Assembly (NCBI GenBank): GCA_958429025.1
Contig: CAUAIH010000009.1
Coordinates: forward strand, 2,665-66,664
DNA length: 64,000 bases
Source: an uncultured Collinsella sp.
Lineage (GTDB): Bacteria; Actinomycetota; Coriobacteriia; Coriobacteriales; Coriobacteriaceae
Reading direction: 5' to 3'
Shown in pieces: positions 49,009 to 57,499 of the stretch; position 1 is the stretch's first letter; each line of letters starts with the position of its first letter. The position numbers were made by a program, and so were the translations under genes. The notes beneath the pieces were generated by a model that searched no databases, had not been told where the DNA came from, and was given only the letters and a program-made list of their open reading frames with translations.

Positions 49009-50178
49009 TTACTCGGTAAAGGCGTTGCCGACGCTCTGGCCGCCAACATACGTCTCGACGAGGGTGAGCTCATGGTCGAACACGACAAAGTCGGCGTCGC
49101 GACCCGGCATGATGCTGCCGCACTTATCCTCGATGTGCGCGGAGCGTGCCGGCACCTCAGTTGCCATGCGAATGGCGATATCGGCGCTGGCGATGCCCCA
49201 GTCGACGATGTTCTTGACGCCCTGGGCAAGCGTGAGCACCGAGCCGGCAATGCTCTTGCCGTCGGCGAGCCAGCACAGGTTGTCCTTCATGATGACGTCC
49301 ATGCCGCCACTGGTGTAGCTGCCCTCGGGCATGCCGCCGCAACCCAGGCAGTCGGTGATGAGTACCGTGTGCTGCCAGCCCTTTGCCTGCAGCAGCGCCT
49401 TGATGGCGGCAGGGTTTACGTGCTTGCCGTCACAGATGATCTCGGCGTAGGTCTCGGGCGTAGACATGGCAGCACCCACGACACCGGGCTCACGGTGATG
49501 CAGACCGCGCTGGCCGTTATAGGTATGCGTAAAGCAGCTGGCACCGGCATTGATAGCGGCGATGCACTCATCGTAGGTGGCGTCGGAGTGACCGATGCTG
49601 GTCACCACGCCCTTGGCGTTCAGAGCAGCCGCATAAGCAGCGGCACCGTCGCGCTCGGCGGCCATGGCGCTCTTAACGATGCGACCGCCCGCAGCCTCCT
49701 GCCACTGGTCGAAAACCTCCTCGGAGGGGTCAATCAGGTAAGCGGGGTTCTGCGCGCCCACGTGCTTCATGGTAAAGAAGGGGCCCTCCAGGTAGATGCC
49801 CTGAATGCGGGCACCGCAGAAGTCGGGGCCGCGGCCCTCGTCCGCCTTGGCGATAGCAGCGCAGGCGTCCTTGATCTGCTCGACGCCATCGGTGAACGTC
49901 GTGGGCAGCCAGCTGGTGGTACCGCGACGGGCGAGCTCGGTTGAGCTGATATCGATGCCCTCGGGATCGTTATCGGTAGTTGAGTGGTTGTAGAAGCCAT
50001 GGATGTGAGTATCGACCATACCCGGTGCGATCCACGATCCCGTGTAGTCCTTAATCTCGCAAGAGGGCTCGTCGGCCTGCCAGGCGCCAAAAACGCCATC
50101 CTCGACCATAAGATAGCCGCCCAGTTGCGGGCCTGCCGGCAAGAAGAACTTGTCAGCCTTAATTGCGTACGTGCTCAT
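49009..50178 (-). CDS. nagA: N-acetylglucosamine/N-acetylgalactosamine-6-phosphate deacetylase
   Basis: 'PGMVDTHIHG', 'YLEGPF', 'IGHS', 'FTHTYN', 'DGKHV', 'LITD', 'IAGS'. Confidence 0.93.
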   Translation of the reverse strand: MSTYAIKADKFFLPAGPQLGGYLMVEDGVFGAWQADEPSCEIKDYTGSWIAPGMVDTHIHGFYNHSTTDNDPEGIDISSTELARRGTTSWLPTTFTDGVEQIKDACAAIAKADEGRGPDFCGARIQGIYLEGPFFTMKHVGAQNPAYLIDPSEEVFDQWQEAAGGRIVKSAMAAERDGAAAYAAALNAKGVVTSIGHSDATYDECIAAINAGASCFTHTYNGQRGLHHREPGVVGAAMSTPETYAEIICDGKHVNPAAIKALLQAKGWQHTVLITDCLGCGGMPEGSYTSGGMDVIMKDNLCWLADGKSIAGSVLTLAQGVKNIVDWGIASADIAIRMATEVPARSAHIEDKCGSIMPGRDADFVVFDHELTLVETYVGGQSVGNAFTE

Positions 50179-50295
50179 ATGCACTCCTCGCTTCTAAAGC
50201 AGTTGACTGTGGTGATGCTTATACCCAGCTCACGTAAAACAAAAAGCGCCCGCCCGCCGTTATGAGCGGACGGGCGCCCTTACAGGGGGACGCGA

Positions 50296-51462
50296 TTAAG
50301 CGGTGAAGGGGTGAATCGTCACGCCCTTAACCACGCGGTTGACCGTGCCGGTGGGGCTCGGCGTATCGGGCGTGTTGCCCACGCGGACGGAGTTGAGCAG
50401 GCTGATAGCCTGGGCAAACATCACGAACGGCAGAGCAAGGTAGCCCTCGGGAAGCGCCTCGTAGCCCTTAAAGGTGAAGGACTCGCCCTCGTAGACGGTG
50501 GCACCTTCCTGCTGAACGGCGACAGTGTGCTGAGCGATCTTGTCGCCACCGATCTCGTTGAGGATGTCGATATCGTACTGACGGGTGTAGGCATCGTTGT
50601 TGACGAACACGAACACGAGCGTCTTGTCGTCGACGAAGGACTTGGGTCCGTGACGATAGCCCATGGAGGTGTCGTAAGAAGTGGCAACCAGGCCGTGAGC
50701 AAGCTCGAGAATCTTAAGCTGGCTCTCCTGAGCAAGGCCACCGAAGGAGCCAGAACCCAAGTAGGTCACGCGGTTGAAGTCGCCAGCCAGGTAATCGGCG
50801 ACCTCGGACTCGCGAGCGATAACCTCCTCGCCCATCTTGGCGATGGTCTCGACCCACTCGGCCTTCTGCTCGTCAGAGGCAGTGTCGAAAATAAGGGTAG
50901 AGAGCAAGGTCATGCAGGAATAAGAACCGGTCATGGCGAAGCCCTTGTCGTTGGCGCGCGGAATGAGCAGCGTCAGCGCGTTGGGATCATCAGCAGACTC
51001 GACGGCGAGCTTGCCCTCGGGAGCGCAGGTGATGTTGAGGAACTTGACGTTGTGGACGAGCTCCTTGGCAACGGCAACGGCAGCAAGGCTCTCGGGGCTG
51101 TTGCCAGAGCGGGCAAAGGAAACCACGAGCGTGGGATCCTCAGCGCGCAGGAAGTCGCGCGGGGCGCTCACGATGTCGGTCGTGGCGATGGGCTTAAAGT
51201 CGTAGAGATCAGTGTTGCCAGCGTGACGCAGGTACGGGGCGCAGGTATCGCCAACGTAGTCGGACGTACCGGCACCGGTGAAGACAACGGACAGACGACC
51301 CTCGCCCATAGCGCGAGCCTCGGCCAGGAAGGCCTCGATGGCCTCCTTGTTCTCGCGATAGATGTTGAGCGTATCGCGCCAAAGCTCCGGCTGCTGAGCA
51401 ATCTCGGCCGTGGTGATCTGGGCGCCGAGCTCGGTGAGCTCCTCGACACTCTTCTCGAACAT
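50296..51462 (-). CDS. agaS: SIS-domain galactosamine-6-phosphate deaminase/isomerase
   Basis: 'TTAEIAQQPELW', 'TGAGTS', 'VSFARSGNSPES', 'GFAMTGS', 'RHGPKS', 'PDTPSPTGTVNRVVKGVTIH'. Confidence 0.92.
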   Translation of the reverse strand: MFEKSVEELTELGAQITTAEIAQQPELWRDTLNIYRENKEAIEAFLAEARAMGEGRLSVVFTGAGTSDYVGDTCAPYLRHAGNTDLYDFKPIATTDIVSAPRDFLRAEDPTLVVSFARSGNSPESLAAVAVAKELVHNVKFLNITCAPEGKLAVESADDPNALTLLIPRANDKGFAMTGSYSCMTLLSTLIFDTASDEQKAEWVETIAKMGEEVIARESEVADYLAGDFNRVTYLGSGSFGGLAQESQLKILELAHGLVATSYDTSMGYRHGPKSFVDDKTLVFVFVNNDAYTRQYDIDILNEIGGDKIAQHTVAVQQEGATVYEGESFTFKGYEALPEGYLALPFVMFAQAISLLNSVRVGNTPDTPSPTGTVNRVVKGVTIHPFTA

Positions 51463-51523
51463 TTCTAATACCTCTCTCTAGAAGTAATCCTCTGACGTGC
51501 AATTATACACTTCGGTTGGTTAT

Positions 51524-51537
51524 CTGGTAGTAACCAG
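51524..51537. promoter_or_regulatory. GntR-type operator CTGGTAGTAACCAG upstream of agaS
   Basis: Imperfect palindrome; near-identical copy at 55817-55830 upstream of the PTS operon. Confidence 0.7.
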
Positions 51538-51576
51538 TTAAATGCAAAGAATCACCATATGGAAACGATGCAAACA

Positions 51577-52308
51577 CTAGTTGCTGCGCTGGTGGTAAAC
51601 CTTGTATTTAAACTGATCGGCACGAGCAACCGAGAGTGTATACTCCACAACCTCGTTTGACTCGTTATACGTAGTCCTGACCAAGTCGAGCACAGGCGAG
51701 CCCTCGACAATTCCCAAAAGGTGAGCATCGGTGGGACGGGCTATGCTCGCATAGAACTCCTCTTCGGCCACGCGTATCTTTTGCTGAAAGTCTTGCTCAA
51801 TCACATCGTAAAGCGGCTTACGCTCTAGCAGTGGTCGCTTTAGGGATAGAAATTGACGAACCGGTAGATAGCTGCGTTCGACCATCATGCGCATGTTGTC
51901 GGCAGAACGAAGACGCTTGAGCTTAAAAATGCGATCACCGATACGCAATCCCATATGCTCAGCCAGATTCTTATCGGCCTCCATCTCGCAAAAATCGAGA
52001 ATCGTGGTCTCGGGGTCGCGACCCATCGCGCGCATCTGCTCGGTAAAGCTGTAGGACTGCATAAGATTGGTTGCCTTTGCCGAGCGGTCGGTCACAAAGG
52101 TACCGCGACCGTGCTGCCGAACCACCAGTCCTAAACGCTCCAGTTCCTGCAGAGCCAGGCGTACCGTAGTGCGCGAGAGACCATAGCGCTCCGAAAGTTC
52201 GCGCTCGGAAGGAATCATGTCACCGGCGCGATATTCATGGTCAATCTTTTCGGTCAGAATATCGACCAGCTGATCGTACAGCGGTTGCTTACGCGCTCCG
52301 ATCGCCAT
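51577..52308 (-). CDS. GntR-family regulator (UTRA) of the aga cluster
   Basis: '[40 protein letters not shown]', 'SFTEQM'. Confidence 0.92.
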   Translation of the reverse strand: MAIGARKQPLYDQLVDILTEKIDHEYRAGDMIPSERELSERYGLSRTTVRLALQELERLGLVVRQHGRGTFVTDRSAKATNLMQSYSFTEQMRAMGRDPETTILDFCEMEADKNLAEHMGLRIGDRIFKLKRLRSADNMRMMVERSYLPVRQFLSLKRPLLERKPLYDVIEQDFQQKIRVAEEEFYASIARPTDAHLLGIVEGSPVLDLVRTTYNESNEVVEYTLSVARADQFKYKVYHQRSN

Positions 52309-52493
52309 CCTATCCTCCCTTTTGCTCGAATTCGGCTAACTACCTAGGGTGTTATGCATTATCTGTCTGCCACACCCGAATCATTAAGAAAACAAAAGCC
52401 GCGCGCTCTTTCGAGCACGCGGCTTTTAACATACACATGGCTTAAGGGGTCGGGGTGTGAGCCGCGTAGGGACACACCCCTCAAGCTAGAGCC

Positions 52494-53576
52494 TTACCAG
52501 ATGCTCGGCCAGAGACCAAGCGGGCCAGCGCCCAGGATGCCAAGGACGAAGAGCAGGAGAATGCCCTTGGTCGGGGTCCAGCTGTGCTTAGCGAACATGT
52601 AGTAAAGCAGCAGCGTAAGCATAAGCGGGACGAGCTTCGGGACGATGGTGTTGAGGGTGTCGGCAACAGAGAAGTTGACCGGATCCTCGGTAACGGTACC
52701 GTAGGTCACGGACTCCATGCCGTTGCCCAGATCGGTGACGCCGCACTCGACAGCGTTGCCGTCGGCATCGGAAGCGGTAAGGGCGTTGCCGTCCTTATCG
52801 GTCATGGCGATGGTACCGGCCTCAGCGGTCTCGGTATCGATGCCCTCCATACCGGTGAAGTTCTCGGCCTCCTTCTCGGAGACGATCACGGTAGTAGCGG
52901 AGAGACCACGGGTGGTGCCGTTGGGGATCTGGAGGTTGATCTGGGTGCCACCCATGGTGACGACCAGGCAACCGACGACGAAGACGCCCATGATGGAAGC
53001 GGCACGCGTGAAGGCCTGCATGTTGGCGGTCAGAGCGTCAATAGCGCTGGTGCCAAGCTTGTAGGACCAGTTCATGAGCCAGAAACGCAGAGCGAACTGG
53101 ACAGCGTTGAAGATCACCAGGAAGATGATCGGCGCAGCAGCGTTGCCGTTGATGGCCATGTTGGAGGTGATGCCGGCCGTGATAGGCACGAGCGTCAGCC
53201 AGAACAGGGCGTCACCGATACCACCGAGCGGGCCCATTGCGGCGACGCGGACGGCGCGGATCGTGGGGATGTCAACCTTGTTCTGCTCGAGCGAAAGCAC
53301 GATGCCCATAACAAAGGTGACGAGGAACGGGTGGGTGTTGAAGAACTCCAGGTTGTGGCTCATGGAAGCCGCGAGGTCGTTCTTGTTGGTGTGGATCTTC
53401 TCCAGACCGGGGATGATGGAGTAGAGCCAGCCAGCGGCCTGCATACGCTCGTAGTTGAACGAGGCCTGCAGGAAGCAGGAGCGCCAAGCCATCTTGTTGA
53501 GGGTCTTCTGATCGAGCTGCGGAGCAGGAGTAAGATCCTCGTAGTGCTCCGGGATCACATACTCATTAGATGCCAT
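52494..53576 (-). CDS. PTS mannose-family EIID (GalNAc-type) with a long inserted loop
   Basis: 'QASFNYERMQ', 'FFNTHP', 'MGPLGGIGDALFW'. Start MASNEY at 53576. Confidence 0.92.
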   Translation of the reverse strand: MASNEYVIPEHYEDLTPAPQLDQKTLNKMAWRSCFLQASFNYERMQAAGWLYSIIPGLEKIHTNKNDLAASMSHNLEFFNTHPFLVTFVMGIVLSLEQNKVDIPTIRAVRVAAMGPLGGIGDALFWLTLVPITAGITSNMAINGNAAAPIIFLVIFNAVQFALRFWLMNWSYKLGTSAIDALTANMQAFTRAASIMGVFVVGCLVVTMGGTQINLQIPNGTTRGLSATTVIVSEKEAENFTGMEGIDTETAEAGTIAMTDKDGNALTASDADGNAVECGVTDLGNGMESVTYGTVTEDPVNFSVADTLNTIVPKLVPLMLTLLLYYMFAKHSWTPTKGILLLFVLGILGAGPLGLWPSIW

Positions 53577-54366
53577 CTTCGAAGTCACCTCCGTCAGAAA
53601 CAGCTGCACCCTTCAGCTCGGTCTGCTGCTGGAAGTCCCAGAAAGCGATGCCGAAGCCGATGAGAGCGAGGATGAGCAGAGCAGGGGTTGCCAGAGAATC
53701 GTTGGCAACGGTGATGAGCGCGAGGCCAAAGCCCATGAGGAAGAAGCCCCACATATCGCGGTTCATCATAACCTTGAGCAGGACGGCGAAGCCGACGAAG
53801 CGCATCATGCCGCCTGCAGCGGACAGACCGGTCTGCAGCCAAGTCGGGATGGCGGAAGCGATGGTCTGACCAATGGTAGCGCCAGCGATGAAGAACAGGG
53901 TGACGACGACAGCGAAGATCAGGCCGAGCAGAGCCATGGCGAAGTAGTTCAGGCGCTCGATGCCCTTGGTGTCCGCGTTATGAGCCATGTTATCGGCCGT
54001 GGACATAAGCGGGGACATAAGCGTGAAGACCAGGGTAACGCCGAGCTGACCAAGCAGAGCGAACGGAATGGCAAGGCCGACTGCCGCGTTGGGCTCGAGA
54101 CCCGTAGCGATAGCGAGAATGGCTGCCATGATGCCGCCAATGACGGCGTTAGGCGGCTGAGCGCCTCCGATCGGCATGTTGCCGATCGTCATGAGCTGAT
54201 AAGTACCACCCACGAGAAGACCGGTGTTGAGGTCGCCAAGGATAAGACCGATGACGGCGCCGGTGACGATGGGCTGATAGAGAGACTCGAGGAAGTCAAA
54301 CTGGTCGATTGCCGCGATGAACGTGACGACGAAGACCAGAGCGATCTGGATGATCGAGTATTCCAT
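53566..54366 (-). CDS. PTS mannose-family EIIC
   Basis: 'QPIVTGAVIGLILGD', 'IGGAQPPN', 'AGGMMRFVGFA'. Confidence 0.92.
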   Translation of the reverse strand: MEYSIIQIALVFVVTFIAAIDQFDFLESLYQPIVTGAVIGLILGDLNTGLLVGGTYQLMTIGNMPIGGAQPPNAVIGGIMAAILAIATGLEPNAAVGLAIPFALLGQLGVTLVFTLMSPLMSTADNMAHNADTKGIERLNYFAMALLGLIFAVVVTLFFIAGATIGQTIASAIPTWLQTGLSAAGGMMRFVGFAVLLKVMMNRDMWGFFLMGFGLALITVANDSLATPALLILALIGFGIAFWDFQQQTELKGAAVSDGGDFEDGI

Positions 54367-54456
54367 CTTGCTCCTCCTTTCAAAATGAATGTACGCACTT
54401 TGGATATCACGTACAGAACGTCAGGGTTTCACTCCTGACAACGTGGATCACGAGGA

Positions 54457-54939
54457 TTACGAGAAGAGCTTGCTCGTGTCCTCAACAGGCGTGCTCGGAA
54501 CGCGCCTGATCTCCAACTCCACCCCCAATTCCTGCAGCTCTTTAAACGCAGCGACATCCTCGTCGTTAACTGCGACGGAGGTGGCGACTTGGCGCTTTCC
54601 TTCCGACATGTGCATGTTGCCGATGTTTACCTTCTTTATAGGCACACCGCCCTTGACGAGCGTAAGCACGTCTTCCGGTGTTTCGGCCACGATGAAGATC
54701 TTCTGGCGCGGGCTCGCCTTGCCAATGACGTCGATGGTCTTCTGCAGAGAGAAGAAACGCGTAGCGACGCCGGCGGGAGCGGCCATCTTCATGAGGTTCT
54801 GGCGCATGGTGTTGGTCGCCACGTCGTCGTTGGCGACGAGGATGAGGTTGGAGCCCAGGGTGGAGTTCCACTGGGTAGCAACCTGACCATGGACCAGTCG
54901 GTTATCGATGCGGGTAAGAAGAATGTTGGGTTCTGCCAT
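54457..54939 (-). CDS. agaV: PTS N-acetylgalactosamine-type EIIB
   Basis: 'ILLTRIDNRLVHGQVATQW', 'NIGNMHMSEGKRQV'. Confidence 0.85.
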   Translation of the reverse strand: MAEPNILLTRIDNRLVHGQVATQWNSTLGSNLILVANDDVATNTMRQNLMKMAAPAGVATRFFSLQKTIDVIGKASPRQKIFIVAETPEDVLTLVKGGVPIKKVNIGNMHMSEGKRQVATSVAVNDEDVAAFKELQELGVELEIRRVPSTPVEDTSKLFS

Positions 54940-54975
54940 GTTGATCAGCTTCCTTTCGTTATTTGCTGACGACAG

Positions 54976-55257
54976 TTACTTGATCTCCTGAATCGCGTAA
55001 CGCGAAACATCTACGACGGCTCCGGATCGGACTTTGATCTGGACCTTCTCGCCTTCGATGCCTTTGACGGTTCCGTAGATACCGCCGGCGAAAAGAACCT
55101 CCTGACCCGGCTTGAGCTCGGTGTGCAGCTCCTTGAAGTACTTCTGCTTCTTCTTCATGTTGATTTGCGACCAGATGGTGTAAATCAAGCCCATGATGAC
55201 AAGCAGACCTAAAAGCGCGACCGAGGAGCTCAGGACATTGGCTCCGAAATCGGCCAT
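54976..55257 (-). CDS. YajC-like small membrane protein
   Basis: One TM helix, then 'LKPGQEVLFAGGIYGTV...VVDVSRYAI'. Confidence 0.8.
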   Translation of the reverse strand: MADFGANVLSSSVALLGLLVIMGLIYTIWSQINMKKKQKYFKELHTELKPGQEVLFAGGIYGTVKGIEGEKVQIKVRSGAVVDVSRYAIQEIK

Positions 55258-55700
55258 TAGATGCCGTCCTCATCGCCGAAGATATCCTCTTCGTCGGAGC
55301 CGGCAACGGATGCGACCGTCTGGGCGGTGACGCCCGTCTGGCCAACGGTCACGGCCTGCTCGCCAAGCTCGGCGAGCGTGGCATTGCCGCGGAGGAACAG
55401 AAGCTCAATAACCATGGGAAGGTTGGTGCCAGTCAGAACCTCGACGTTGTCGACATCCTGGGCAATCATCATCGACTGGTTGAACGGGGTGCCGCCAAGC
55501 AGGTCGGTAAAGACGAGCACGCCATCGCACTCCTCGCGCATGGCGGTAATAGCGGCGCGGAGATCCTCACCGTAGGATGCGGCCTGGTCGCCCTCAAAAG
55601 GAACGACGGTAAAAGCAGGCTGGTCGCCGGCAACCATAGCGATAGCGCTTGCAAGGCCGGGTGCGAACTGTCCATGACCGGTAAGAATAAAGCCAACCAT
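55257..55700 (-). CDS. PTS mannose-family EIIA
   Basis: 'ILTGHG', 'TDLLGGTPFN', 'GTNLPM'. Confidence 0.92.
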   Translation of the reverse strand: MVGFILTGHGQFAPGLASAIAMVAGDQPAFTVVPFEGDQAASYGEDLRAAITAMREECDGVLVFTDLLGGTPFNQSMMIAQDVDNVEVLTGTNLPMVIELLFLRGNATLAELGEQAVTVGQTGVTAQTVASVAGSDEEDIFGDEDGI

Positions 55701-55816
55701 TCAAATTTCCCTTCCGAAGGTGTGTACGATCTGAGTCCGATGATTTTCGGAAGCCAGCGGGCGCTCGCCCTTAAAGCTTCTTAGAAAGCGTTCTTTGAAG
55801 ACCAGTGGTTTCTAAA

Positions 55817-55830
55817 CTGGTAGTAACCAC
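55817..55830. promoter_or_regulatory. GntR-type operator upstream of the aga PTS operon
   Basis: CTGGTAGTAACCAC, matching 51524-51537. Confidence 0.7.
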
Positions 55831-55974
55831 GTGACGTGTTGTTGTCACTATATCACCCCAGAAGAGGTCGCTTTCGCTGATTCAAACAGTAAAACGTTTT
55901 TGCACCGCTCACGGTGATAAATCGACCGTTTACCGCTCGTTAATACTTTTACCTTCACTGATAATTGTTCTCGG

Positions 55975-56235
55975 GGGAAGCGGGCACTGCGGGGCGCGGC
56001 AACGGCGCGCGATTTCCGCGTCGCAGCGCTACCCTGATGCTGAATGCCGGGACGATGACCCACTGACCTGCTGACGCCTCTTCGGCCGTCCTCAAATCCG
56101 ACCTGTCTCGCCCCGGCATCCGCGTCCCGGAGTCCTGCCATGACCTAATAGGAGCATGAGCGCGGACAATCGGACAAGCCAATTGGATTGTAGCGCTCCC
56201 GTCAGTGCAATGTCTGGGAGACCCGGGCGCGGAGC
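55975..56235 (+). ncRNA. Putative IS110 bridge RNA (ends approximate)
   Basis: 5' hairpin plus two stem-bounded loops. Internal segments match the donor junction (ATAGGAGC 56148-56155; TCAGTG 56202-56207) and the target (TCAAATCCGA 56092-56101). Confidence 0.7.
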
Positions 56236-56260
56236 AGGCGGCAGACCGAGGGGAGCGAAA

Positions 56261-57499
56261 ATGGAAGGCGAAACGGTCATCGCGGGCGTCGACACGCACA
56301 AGGACGTGCATGTCCTGTGCCTGCTCGACGGCCTCGGGAGGAAGATCTGGAGCGGGAGCTTCGGGGCCGACCCCGAGGGCTACGACAGGCTGGCGGAGGC
56401 GATAGGCGACCCGGGGAGCTGCATGGTCGTCGGCGTCGAGGGCACGGCATCGTACGGGGCCGGGCTGACGAGGAGGCTCGTGGAGCTCGGGTACAACGTC
56501 GTCGAGGTGCTCAGGCCCAAGAGGGACAAGGTGAGGCCCGGCGAGGGGAAGAGCGACCCGCTGGACGCCGAGCGCGCGGCGCGCAAGGCGGCGTCCGGGA
56601 GGGGCTGCTCCGTGCCGAAGTCGCAGGACGGCTGGGTCGAGGCGGTGCGCCAGCTCTACGTCGCGCGCAGGCTGGCCGTCGCGACGTCCACGTCCTGCGT
56701 GGCCTGCGCGAAGTCGATGCTCACGACGGCCCCGAGCGCCCTGAGGGAGCGGTTCAGGGGCCGCGAGCGGCCGAAGGACCTCATGCCGCTGCTCGCGCGC
56801 GGGAGGAAGGCGGGCGACGCGCTCGAGGAGAGCGTGCTGGCCTCGCTGCGGTCCGTCGCGGCGGTCTGGAAGGAGGCCCGCAGCCAGGTCGAGTCCCTCG
56901 ACGAGCGCATCCGCGCGCTGCTGGAGGCGAACGCGCCCGCGCTGCTCGGCGTCGAGGGCTGCGGCACCACGACCGCCGCCGCCCTGGTCGTGGCCGCCGG
57001 CGACAACCCCGGCAGGCTGAAGGGCGAGGCGGCGTTCTCGATGATGTGCGGCGCCTCCCCGATCCCCGCGTCGAGCGGGAAGACGGACCGGCACAGGCTC
57101 AACCGCGGCGGCAACCGGCAGGCGAACTGGGCGCTCTACGAGATCGCGATCAAGCGCATGGCGTACGACGAGAGGACGAGGAGGTACGTGGCGAGGCGGA
57201 CCTCCGAGGGGAAGTCCCGGCGGGAGGCGGTCCGCTGCCTGAAGCGCTACATAGCGCGGGAGGTGTACCACGTGCTCATGGACCCGAACCCCGACGGCGC
57301 CGCGCCGGAAGGCCCCGAGCTCGCGAAGATGCGCAAGGCGATGCGGGTGACTCAGAAGAAAGCCGCCGCGGAGCTCGGCCTGTCCGCAGCCACACTCGGG
57401 CACTTGGAACGGGGGAAACGGCGGTCGACGAAACTGGAGAGGAGGTATTACGAGCTCCTGTGCGAATTGGAGAGAACGCTCCCGCAAACTGCCTCTTGA
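56261..57499 (+). CDS. IS110-family transposase/recombinase with extra C-terminal XRE-like HTH
   Basis: DEDD motif: 'GVDTHKD', 'VGVEGTASYG', 'KSDPLDA'. Tnp-domain Ser in 'PIPASSGK'; 'RLNRGGNRQAN'; 'RCLKRYIAREVY'. ATG 56261 after GAGGGGAG. Confidence 0.95.
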   Translation: MEGETVIAGVDTHKDVHVLCLLDGLGRKIWSGSFGADPEGYDRLAEAIGDPGSCMVVGVEGTASYGAGLTRRLVELGYNVVEVLRPKRDKVRPGEGKSDPLDAERAARKAASGRGCSVPKSQDGWVEAVRQLYVARRLAVATSTSCVACAKSMLTTAPSALRERFRGRERPKDLMPLLARGRKAGDALEESVLASLRSVAAVWKEARSQVESLDERIRALLEANAPALLGVEGCGTTTAAALVVAAGDNPGRLKGEAAFSMMCGASPIPASSGKTDRHRLNRGGNRQANWALYEIAIKRMAYDERTRRYVARRTSEGKSRREAVRCLKRYIAREVYHVLMDPNPDGAAPEGPELAKMRKAMRVTQKKAAAELGLSAATLGHLERGKRRSTKLERRYYELLCELERTLPQTAS

